In this document: positions 1-7,913 of the stretch, one piece after another | Position numbering within the stretch: position 1 is the stretch's first letter | Layout: each line of letters opens with the position of its first letter | Source of the DNA: Thermodesulfovibrionales bacterium | Lineage (GTDB): Bacteria > Nitrospirota > Thermodesulfovibrionia > Thermodesulfovibrionales > UBA6898 | Length of the DNA stretch: 50,559 bases | Assembly: GCA_020056455.1 (NCBI GenBank) | Contig: JAGVHR010000015.1 | Location: 1 to 50,559, forward strand | Reading direction: 5' to 3' | Notes under the pieces: generated by a model | The model's database searches: none | The model's input: only the letters and a program-made list of their open reading frames with translations | Told to the model about the DNA's origin: nothing | Made by a program: the position numbers and the translations under genes

Positions 1-115
1 AGGGGAGATTTTCCATACAAATCCCGATTACTTATGGTCTTATTAAGACTACTCTTTTTGATGCGCCTATTGCATCAAAAGGGAACATGTTTTAGTGTTT
101 GCTGGTGTATTGAAA

Positions 116-132
116 AGCAGAATGTGTGCCAG
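116..132 (-). promoter_or_regulatory. Candidate sigma-54 (-24/-12) promoter firing leftwards out of the window
   Basis: The minus strand reads TGGCAC-ACATT-CTGCT. GG and GC are separated by 10 nt, as in the TGGCAC-N5-TTGC consensus. It is 24/25 nt identical to a second copy at 7821-7846. An NtrC-type activator gene ends 130 nt upstream. Confidence 0.6.
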
Positions 133-232
133 GACTGTTGTTGACAGGATCGGATTCTCTATGATGTTGAAAACATTGAAATTTCAGCGAAGGCTACGAT
201 GAGGGAATGAGACAGTGAAATGTGCCCGCCTT

Positions 233-263
233 CTGATATGTCAGGAGACTCCTGATATATCAG
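233..263. repeat. Imperfect palindrome with 15-bp arms (14/15 paired) overlapping the stop codon of the activator gene; it could be a terminator or an enhancer site
   Basis: CTGATATGTCAGGAG-A-CTCCTGATATATCAG. On the plus strand it is followed by GCATTTTTATTT. Confidence 0.8.
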
Positions 264-1801
264 GCATTTTTATTTCTTCTTTGGATGCCCAGTTTTTGCA
301 TTCTCGATGTGAGCGTCTTTGGGTTGATGCCTAAAATCTTTGCTGCACCGTCCTTGCCGCTTACCTGCCATCCAGTGGTGTTAAGAACCTCTAAAATATG
401 TTTTTTCTCTGCTTCTTCAAGAGTTCCGGACTGGTCTGTCTTTGACTGAGCAATATTTGGTACATCCAAATGCAGCACGGGACCGGTGGTGATGATCATC
501 GCACGCTCAATAACGTTCCTCAGTTCCCTTACGTTGCCCGGCCAGGGATACGCTTTAAGGATTTCAACACCCTTCTGAGGTATTGATTCAATCCGCTTGC
601 CCATCCTCTTGCTTAAGTCCTGAACAAAAGACCATACGAGCGGCAATATGTCCTCCTTGCGCTCACGAAGGGACGGCACAATAATCTGAAAAACGTTCAA
701 ACGGTAGTAAAGGTCTTTCCGGAACCCGCCCTCGCTGACCACGCTGGCAAGATCTCGGTTTGTAGCAGAAATGATTCTGACGTCGACCTTCACAGTTCTG
801 GGACTGCCCAGACGTTCAAACTCACCGCTCTCCAGTACCCTAAGCAGTTTGGCCTGGAGGTCCAGCGGCAGCGCATCGATCTCATCAAGGAAAATCGTTG
901 AGGCATCCGCAAGTTCAAAACGGCCTATCTGCTTTGACAGCGAACCGGTAAAAGCGCCCTTTTCGCGGCCGAACAATTCACTCTCAATAAGGGTCGGCGG
1001 CAGGGCCGCGCAGTTGACTTTAATCATTAGCCGGTCATGCCGGGAACTCATGCCATGGATAGCATTTGCGACCAATTCTTTTCCTGTGCCTGTCTCCCCC
1101 TGTATCAGGACCGTCGAGTCTGTCGGCGCCACTTGTTCTATCTGCTTCAGTACTGTGTTGATAGCCTCACTGTTGCCTACGATGTCCTTATGCGAGTACA
1201 ATAGGTTAATTTCTTCCTTAAGATAGATATTCTCCTCATGTAATTGGTCTTTTAATTGTTTGATTATCGAGAGAGCTTCCCTGAGTGATTTTGTCGCCTG
1301 CTTGCGGTCGTCTATCTCCTGCGAGAGTCGTTCGTTTGCCCTGGTCAATTTGTCAGTGCGTTCCTGAACACGTAACTCAAGCTGATCGTGCGCTTTTCTC
1401 AGTGCATCTTCCGACTGCTTGCGCTCAATAGCGTATCTTATTGTCCTAACCAAAAGGGCGCTGTCAATCTTGCCTTTTACTAAGTAGTCCTGTGCACCTT
1501 CATGCACTGCCCGAATTGCAACCTCTTCATCACCCAAAGCGCTCATCACCACTATGGGGATATTGGGTACAGCAGCGTGCGTGCGTATGACCGTATCAAG
1601 CCCTTTGACGTCTGGAAGTGACAGATCCAGCAAAATGATTCCAAAACTCTCTTTGTTCAGTAATGTCAGTGCGCTGCTGAGCATATTGCAGTGGGTCAAT
1701 TCAAACTTAAACGGATTTGCCTTACCAAGCAATCTCTCGAACAAAACTACGTCATCCGGACTGTCTTCCACGAGCAGTATACTGATAGGCTGATTATTCA
1801 T
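260..1801 (-). CDS. Sigma-54-dependent response regulator (NtrC family enhancer-binding protein)
   Basis: N-terminal REC domain (ILLVEDSPDD ... ILLDLSLPD). Coiled-coil linker. AAA+ domain with Walker A GETGTGKE and a GAFTGS loop (GAFTGA variant). C-terminal Fis-type HTH (AAKILGINPKTLTSRMQKLGI). Confidence 0.9.
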   Translation of the reverse strand: MNNQPISILLVEDSPDDVVLFERLLGKANPFKFELTHCNMLSSALTLLNKESFGIILLDLSLPDVKGLDTVIRTHAAVPNIPIVVMSALGDEEVAIRAVHEGAQDYLVKGKIDSALLVRTIRYAIERKQSEDALRKAHDQLELRVQERTDKLTRANERLSQEIDDRKQATKSLREALSIIKQLKDQLHEENIYLKEEINLLYSHKDIVGNSEAINTVLKQIEQVAPTDSTVLIQGETGTGKELVANAIHGMSSRHDRLMIKVNCAALPPTLIESELFGREKGAFTGSLSKQIGRFELADASTIFLDEIDALPLDLQAKLLRVLESGEFERLGSPRTVKVDVRIISATNRDLASVVSEGGFRKDLYYRLNVFQIIVPSLRERKEDILPLVWSFVQDLSKRMGKRIESIPQKGVEILKAYPWPGNVRELRNVIERAMIITTGPVLHLDVPNIAQSKTDQSGTLEEAEKKHILEVLNTTGWQVSGKDGAAKILGINPKTLTSRMQKLGIQRRNKNA

Positions 1802-1913
1802 CCTTTAACTCATTTATTAGTTGTTTTTTTGTTTTGTCTTTATAATTCATGTTTATTTTTTATCAAAATACTTACCGTATGTCAATTGAAGATACCCTCC
1901 AGCAGATCCAGCT

Positions 1914-4900
1914 TTACCCCTCCTTCCCCGGAAGCGTAAAGTAAAATGTTGCCCCTACATGCGGCTTTCCTTCGGCCCATACCCTTCCGCCGTGTTTCTC
2001 GATGATATTTTTTACAATGACAAGTCCGATGCCGGTCCCCTCAACTTCCTGTGCTGAATGAATCCTCTGAAAAAGACCGAAGAGTCTATCGCTATACTGC
2101 ATATCAAAGCCTATCCCGTTGTCCCGGACGTAATATACGCTCTCATTATTTTCACTATAACCGCCTACTTCAATCATCGCAGTCTCTCTTTTTTGTGTGA
2201 ATTTGATCGCATTGGATAAGAGGTTTAAGAGGATCTGGCCTATCATTGGCAGGTCTCCGTAGGCAGAAGGCAGTTGCTTGACTTCAAATTCTATGTCCCG
2301 TTCAGCAATCGTCGGCTGGAGTTCATTGATCAACTTTTGTGCCAAGGCCTCCATATTGAATTCAGCTTTTCGGACCTCTTTGGTGCTGATGCGGGAAAAG
2401 GCAAGAAGGTCTGCAATGAGCTGATTCATTTTTTTAGCGCTGTTACTGATCCTGCCCAGCAAGTCTTTCCCCTTGTCATCAAGTTTTTCAGAATGGTCTT
2501 CCAACAGTATTTTGGAGAAGCCCTCTATAGTTATAAGTGGGGATCTAAGGTCATGAGAAGCGGCGTAACTGAAACTCTCCATATCCTTGTAAGCGGCTTT
2601 AAGGTCCGAGGCTGTGGAGTGCAATTCCAGATTCAATGTTTTTAACGCTTCCTCCGACTTCTTTCGTTCCGTGATATCAATGCAAGTGCCGACCCATTCC
2701 CTGACACTTCCGTCTTCCCTAAATACAGGCATGCCGCGTGTCATAAAGTCCCGATAAATCCCATCTTGCCTGCGTATACGGTATTCGACCGCATAGCTGC
2801 TTTTCCCCTCAACCGCTTTTTTCCATATCTGTAGGGCATGTGCAAGGTCCTCAGGATGAAAGGCCCTCGACCATCCCTGCCCTTTGACCTCTTCATAGGT
2901 CTGGCCGGTATACTTCCTCCAGGAAGGCAGATCTTCCACTACCTCGCCCCCGGCATTTGTGGTCCAGCCCAGCGCCCCCGTCACTTCAATATAAGACCGG
3001 TAGCGGTCCGAAATTGCCTGCAGCGCCTCCTCAGCCTCCCTGCGTTTAGTGATATCGCGGGACACGGCCAGCAGGTGTTCAGGTTTTCCATCTGCGCCGA
3101 TAACCGGTGTAATGGCAACGTCCCACCATTTTGGCGTACCGTCTACAGTCGGACAAAAGCCCTGGAATGAAGCTATTTGTCCCTGCTGGGCTTTATGGAT
3201 AGCTTCCAGCGAAGCTTGCTGGTCTGTGCCTTTCCAGAATTCCTGATAGGGCACGTTCAGGTATTTTTCCATGTCCCGGATTCCCAACTGGTGCTGACCA
3301 CCCGGACTCATGTATTGCAGCCGCCCCTCCAGATCCAGGAGCTTGATGCAGTCGTTGCTGCTGTCAATGATACTCTGATTGAACGTGTTGCTCTTCCGTA
3401 AGGCCTCCTCTGTCTTCTTCCGGTCAGTAATGTCGGCTGCATAGACACGCACGACATTAAACTGTAGTAACAGATGGATATACTCTCCGAATATAGTGTC
3501 TTTAATCATCACCTCCCGGTAGTACTTCAATTCCTTTTTTTGTTCCAAATCCGTCAGAATTTCACTTATATCCTCGGGCAGGAACAAGCTCACATCTTCT
3601 TGAGCGCCTAATTTTCTGAGAGTTTCAAGGACTGCATCATTATGGAACAAAATATTGCCGGAAGATTCTATCTCTATAATAGGATTGGGATTCATCTGTG
3701 GAAAAGAGGCCATGTGTTTAATCTCTTCTTCTAATAGTTTTCGCTCAGTGATATCTTCAATCGCAAGGAGGATCATCCCGGCATATTCTTTTTCCAGGGA
3801 CAAAGCAGGTGTCGGATAATACACTTCTTTTCTGATTTCACGCGCGTTGAGCATCATCGTCTTGCGCCCGATTACGGGGAGCTCGACGGCGACCTCGAAG
3901 TCCGAGAAGGACTTTTTCTCACGCAGTACCTCCTGAAGCAGCTTTCTGAGTTCCGGAATTTCCCACTGACCATTTCCCAACTCATATAGATAACGGCCTT
4001 CTATTTCTGCAGGATCAGCCAGGAAGCTTTCATAGAAGGATCTGTTGGCGGTTATCACCTTCAGGTCGGGGCCGAGAATGAGCAGGGGCTCCCTCACGGT
4101 CTCAACAATGTCATTGGCGTAGGCATATGCCTCCTTGATGCGCAAAAGACTGCGCTTCATATCGTCGACATTGACCAGCGTCATCAAAACACCGTCGATC
4201 CTGTTGTCGACAGTCTTATAAGGTCTTATCGTCAATGAATACCAGCGGCCCTCTACATCCTGGACTTCTTTTACCTTTACGACGAGAGTATTGACCACAT
4301 CGAGGACCATCTGCTCAAGGTCCGGGATAATGATATTCGTCCTGATATTGCTCAGGGGACGACCGGTATCAGTGGGGATAAGATTCAGCAGCCTTGCCGC
4401 AGCGTCATTAAACCGCCTGATCCGGAGTTCGCCTCCGAGTATGATAATCGGTATCTCGACGCCTCTGAGCACATTGAACAGGTCGTTGTTCAATTGCATT
4501 GTTTCTTCGTTGCGGCTTTGAAGTTCGTCGTTGACCGTGGTCAGTTCTTCATTAGTGGACTGGAGTTCTTCCTTGGCTGTCTCCATTTCCTCATTGATGC
4601 TCTGCATTTCTTCATTGCTTGATTGAAGTTCCTCATTCAAGGCACGCAACTCTTCATTTGCGGCCTCATACTCCTGCGTCACCGCATTTAAATGCGCCTT
4701 AGACGCAGCAAGGTCCTGCCTCAATTGCATCGTCTCATCGGTCGTAGGGGCGATTTGTGAATCGCCCTTATGCGTGCGGGCGGATTTTGTAGGGGCGGGT
4801 TTTAAACCCGCCCCTACGTCCTCGAACAACACCAGAAAGCAGCGTTCCCCGGATGTCCGGGCTTGAAACGGAACAATGTCAATATTTATGTATTTAATCC

Positions 4901-6704
4901 GTTTGCCCTGTTTGAGTCTGGCACCTTCCTTCTTTGCAGGAATATCCTCTTTCTTTGCCTGATGCAGCAAAGTGCGAAGCTCGGCCACCAGGTCTTCACT
5001 GACCATCTTCAGGAGGTCCAGGCTCGCCTGCCCTGGCGCTGGCCTGAGATAAGGGCTGGTATCTCCCCGGAACTGCAAAATCTTCATGACATCATTGACA
5101 ACAAAGCCGGCAGGGCTATATTTGTTGAGTACAATAGTATCGGCCTCTTTCTGAATATCGAATACTCCCTTTGGTTGTGCTTCGGCTTTTTTGGCCACAA
5201 CTTTTTCTTTGCCAGGTTCGACTACAGTCGCTTCAATTTGCATTAATGTTTCGGCCTTTTTTGAATAAATTGTGTGCTTCTTGTCCACTACTGAAAAAAG
5301 ACCGGCAAACTCTCCGACAGTCTCGGACTGCCCGATCATGAGAAAACCATTGGGGTTGAGGGCATAAAATAATATACTGACCGTTTTCTTCTGGAGTTCC
5401 GTGCTGAAATAGATGAGCACGTTCCGGCAACTGATAAGATCAATCTTTGAAAACGGGGGGTCTTTCACCATATTCTGCTTTGCAAATATACACATTTCGC
5501 GGACTAACTTGTTTATCACATAACCGTTCCCGCTCTTTTCAAAGAAACGCGTCAGCCTCTCCGGTGAGACATCCCTGGATATGTTTTCAGGATATATGCC
5601 TTTCCTTGCCTTCTCGACTGCGATATCGTCAATGTCTGTTGCAAAGAGCTGAACAGGCCGGCTGATTTTATTGCTATCCATATACTCTGCAAGAGCTATG
5701 GCGATAGAGTAAGACTCTTCCCCTGTTGAACAGGCCGGGACCCATATCCTGACAGGTGCATCAACTCCAGCCTTATTGAAAATGTAAGGAAACACGCTTC
5801 TTTTTAAGGTCTCGAAGGCCTCCGGTTCCCTGAAGAAGGAGGTGACATTAATGAGAATGTCCTGATATAGGGTCTCGATTTCAGAGGGGTTTTCCTTAAG
5901 ATACGCTACATATGCCTTCATTCCTTCTATCTTTTGCAGGAGCATGCGGCGGTTGACCCTGCGCATTATGGTCGAGCGTTTGTATGAGGTAAAATCAACG
6001 CCTTTGGCTGACCTTAGCATGATAAATATCCTGTTGAGATCATTTTCTTCAGCCGGTATAATCTGCACTGGTTCACCGCGTCTGACATCAGCAGGATATG
6101 GATGCTTACTGATTCTCAGCAGTTCATCCGCGATTTTAGCGGTTGGCAGCACAAAATCAACACAGCCGGTATCAATAGCGCTTCTTGGCATTCCGTCATA
6201 CTTTGCAGTTTCATCCTGTGCGAGGACTATCCCGCCCTCTCCTTTAATTGCCCTTGCTCCCATTGAGCCGTCGGAACCGGTCCCGGATAAGATTACGGCT
6301 ATCGCATTGTTCCTCCGGTCTTGAGCAAGGGAGTGCAGAAAAGAATCAACAGGCATGTACTGACCCTTAACTTCATCGCGCGGCACAAGATGCAGGACTC
6401 CCTGAAATATAATCATTTCTTTGTCGGGCGGGATGATATAAACATTATCCGGGGCTACGGCCATTCCGTCTTTTACCTCTCTTACGGGCATGGAGCTGGC
6501 TTTGGAGAGTAGTTCTGTCAGCATGCTCTCGTGCGTCGGGGCAAGGTGCTGGATAAGTACAAAGGCCATGCCCGGATCAGCCGGAAGATTCTTAAATAAT
6601 TGCGTAAACGCCTCAAGCCCACCCGCGGAAGCGCCGATTCCTACTATAGGAAATTGGCTGTTATTGGATCCTCTTGCTCCGGGTTGTTCAGTTAAGGCTG
6701 ACAT
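1914..6704 (-). CDS. CheB methylesterase - CheR methyltransferase - coiled coil - multi-PAS - histidine kinase fusion protein (1596 aa)
   Basis: CheB-like N-terminus (FPIVGIGASAGG, SGTGSDG). CheR-like SAM-methyltransferase region (RIWVPACSTGEESYSIA). NEEL/NEEM heptad coiled coil. Several PAS blocks. HisKA H-box (SYAASHDLRSPL). HATPase_c (DNGIGF, GTGIGL). No receiver domain. The start is uncertain; see the homopolymer finding. Confidence 0.85.
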   Translation of the reverse strand: MSALTEQPGARGSNNSQFPIVGIGASAGGLEAFTQLFKNLPADPGMAFVLIQHLAPTHESMLTELLSKASSMPVREVKDGMAVAPDNVYIIPPDKEMIIFQGVLHLVPRDEVKGQYMPVDSFLHSLAQDRRNNAIAVILSGTGSDGSMGARAIKGEGGIVLAQDETAKYDGMPRSAIDTGCVDFVLPTAKIADELLRISKHPYPADVRRGEPVQIIPAEENDLNRIFIMLRSAKGVDFTSYKRSTIMRRVNRRMLLQKIEGMKAYVAYLKENPSEIETLYQDILINVTSFFREPEAFETLKRSVFPYIFNKAGVDAPVRIWVPACSTGEESYSIAIALAEYMDSNKISRPVQLFATDIDDIAVEKARKGIYPENISRDVSPERLTRFFEKSGNGYVINKLVREMCIFAKQNMVKDPPFSKIDLISCRNVLIYFSTELQKKTVSILFYALNPNGFLMIGQSETVGEFAGLFSVVDKKHTIYSKKAETLMQIEATVVEPGKEKVVAKKAEAQPKGVFDIQKEADTIVLNKYSPAGFVVNDVMKILQFRGDTSPYLRPAPGQASLDLLKMVSEDLVAELRTLLHQAKKEDIPAKKEGARLKQGKRIKYINIDIVPFQARTSGERCFLVLFEDVGAGLKPAPTKSARTHKGDSQIAPTTDETMQLRQDLAASKAHLNAVTQEYEAANEELRALNEELQSSNEEMQSINEEMETAKEELQSTNEELTTVNDELQSRNEETMQLNNDLFNVLRGVEIPIIILGGELRIRRFNDAAARLLNLIPTDTGRPLSNIRTNIIIPDLEQMVLDVVNTLVVKVKEVQDVEGRWYSLTIRPYKTVDNRIDGVLMTLVNVDDMKRSLLRIKEAYAYANDIVETVREPLLILGPDLKVITANRSFYESFLADPAEIEGRYLYELGNGQWEIPELRKLLQEVLREKKSFSDFEVAVELPVIGRKTMMLNAREIRKEVYYPTPALSLEKEYAGMILLAIEDITERKLLEEEIKHMASFPQMNPNPIIEIESSGNILFHNDAVLETLRKLGAQEDVSLFLPEDISEILTDLEQKKELKYYREVMIKDTIFGEYIHLLLQFNVVRVYAADITDRKKTEEALRKSNTFNQSIIDSSNDCIKLLDLEGRLQYMSPGGQHQLGIRDMEKYLNVPYQEFWKGTDQQASLEAIHKAQQGQIASFQGFCPTVDGTPKWWDVAITPVIGADGKPEHLLAVSRDITKRREAEEALQAISDRYRSYIEVTGALGWTTNAGGEVVEDLPSWRKYTGQTYEEVKGQGWSRAFHPEDLAHALQIWKKAVEGKSSYAVEYRIRRQDGIYRDFMTRGMPVFREDGSVREWVGTCIDITERKKSEEALKTLNLELHSTASDLKAAYKDMESFSYAASHDLRSPLITIEGFSKILLEDHSEKLDDKGKDLLGRISNSAKKMNQLIADLLAFSRISTKEVRKAEFNMEALAQKLINELQPTIAERDIEFEVKQLPSAYGDLPMIGQILLNLLSNAIKFTQKRETAMIEVGGYSENNESVYYVRDNGIGFDMQYSDRLFGLFQRIHSAQEVEGTGIGLVIVKNIIEKHGGRVWAEGKPHVGATFYFTLPGKEG
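4744..4817. repeat. Two adjacent GC-rich hairpin palindromes inside the kinase CDS (REP/MITE-like element remnant)
   Basis: At 4744-4770, GTAGGGGCGATTTGTGAATCGCCCTTA contains GGGCGATT / AATCGCCC arms. At 4789-4817, GTAGGGGCGGGTTT-T-AAACCCGCCCCTAC is a perfect palindrome with 14-bp arms. Both begin with GTAGGGGCG. Confidence 0.85.
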
Positions 6705-6715
6705 TGCCTTGGGTT

Positions 6716-6726
6716 GGGGGGGGGGG
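6716..6726. repeat. G11 (C11 on the coding strand) homopolymer 12 nt upstream of the annotated kinase start codon
   Basis: Counted directly: ttGGGGGGGGGGGtc. Confirmed by the TGG GGG GGG GGG translation in the plus-strand ORF 6490..6762. Confidence 0.95.
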
Positions 6727-7075
6727 TCTTACGGGCCATGTTCAGTCCTCCTTACCCGATAATGCTTTCGGGGACATAATATCAATTAGTAAAATAATCC
6801 ATCATATCCTATGTTAAAAATATGATCATTGTCCAGTCAACCATATATGATCATAAAAAACGCAGTTGGAAGTCATAAGTGACGAAAAGTAAATCATATA
6901 ATGCTTATTATGGGGTCACCATTTTAATGAGGTGATAAATTCAACTGCTCCGCAGCTGCATGCCTTGACTGTAACTATTTAAAAATAATAGCGTTTTAGT
7001 ACTTTTCAACTGCCGTTTTTAGGATGATATGTTATAAGGAATACAGAAGTCCCTGATCTAATATTTCAGCGCGAT

Positions 7076-7765
7076 TTATTTATCATTTGAAGGCTGTTCG
7101 TCCTGCTTGCGTTTCTGTTCCTGGAAGTCTGGCTTTTCCTTCCCAAGTTCTTTGTATAGTTCACCTTCAACTTTCTTCATACATTTAGGACAAATGCCGT
7201 GAGTAAAAGCCGCATCCGTGTTTTCACGGATGTAGGTTTCCAGACTCTTCCAGTAACCCTTATCGTCACGGATATTCCTGCACCAGGCGCAAATGGGCAA
7301 CAATCCTTGAAGAGTTTTTATCTCTTTGCGGCTTTTTTCAAGCTCCGTTATGAGTTTCTGGCGTTCAATGGCATAACGGATAGAGCGGGTCAGCTGACGG
7401 GTGTCAATCTGACCCTTGACTAAATAATCCTGAGCGCCGCCCTGCACCGCACTAAGTGCGGTGTTTTCGTCATCGAGGCCGGTCAGAACGATCACGGGGA
7501 TATCCGGATAACGGCTATGTAATGCTTCGAAAGTCTCAATCCCTTTACTATCCGGCAATCCCAGATCAGATAAAATGACGTCAAACTTCTTCTTTTCAAT
7601 TAAATCGATTCCCGCAGACATCAGCCCAGCACATTCGGTATCGAAATAAATATTTTCCGCTTTCGAGAGGATCCTGCAGATTAATTCCGAATGATCATCA
7701 TTGTCCTCGATTATCAGGACTTTTATGTGCGGGCTGTCAGTAATATTTGTTCCGTCTTCTTTCAC
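7076..7765 (-). CDS. Response regulator: REC domain plus C-terminal Cys4 (CxxC...CxxC) module
   Basis: REC domain (VLIIEDNDD ... ILSDLGLPD ... DYLVKG). C-terminal LLPICAWCRNIRDDKGYWKSLETYIRENTDAAFTHGICPKC. GTG start preceded by GAGGA with a 7-nt spacer. Confidence 0.85.
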   Translation of the reverse strand: MKEDGTNITDSPHIKVLIIEDNDDHSELICRILSKAENIYFDTECAGLMSAGIDLIEKKKFDVILSDLGLPDSKGIETFEALHSRYPDIPVIVLTGLDDENTALSAVQGGAQDYLVKGQIDTRQLTRSIRYAIERQKLITELEKSRKEIKTLQGLLPICAWCRNIRDDKGYWKSLETYIRENTDAAFTHGICPKCMKKVEGELYKELGKEKPDFQEQKRKQDEQPSNDK

Positions 7766-7820
7766 TTCAAAATCCTCATTAAAGTATGACTTGTTTTTGT
7801 GTTTGATGATAGTGTTAAAC

Positions 7821-7837
7821 AGCAGAAAGTGTGCCAG
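7821..7837 (-). promoter_or_regulatory. Candidate sigma-54 (-24/-12) promoter for the REC-Cys4 gene
   Basis: The minus strand reads TGGCAC-ACTTT-CTGCT with correct GG-N10-GC spacing, about 55 nt upstream of the GTG start at 7765. An AT-rich tract and tandem repeats lie upstream. Confidence 0.65.
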
Positions 7838-7913
7838 GACTGTTTCATAATTTATTTTATTTTATCACAATATTGATTGTCTGCAATACGATTTTGTTCA
7901 ACTTTGCAAGGCC

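Noticed and set aside
61-144. Plus-strand 27-codon Cys-rich ORF (MRLLHQKGTCFSVCWCIEKQNVCQDCC) in the left intergenic region
   Set aside because: It has no Shine-Dalgarno sequence. Most of the Cys codons come from the TGTGCCAGGACTGTTG stretch, which is better explained as the reverse complement of a sigma-54 promoter. The duplicate of that stretch at 7821-7846 is not embedded in a comparable ORF.
4500-4700. Apparent periodic NEEL/NEEM/NDEL repetition that could be mistaken for a DNA tandem repeat or array
   Set aside because: The periodicity is at the protein level: a heptad coiled coil typical of CheB-CheR-PAS proteins. The underlying DNA units are not identical and there are no spacers, so this is not a CRISPR array or a VNTR.
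6716-6726. G11 run as a G-quadruplex-forming element
   Set aside because: It is a single uninterrupted G-run with no additional nearby G-tracts. Slippage or sequencing error is a much simpler reading.
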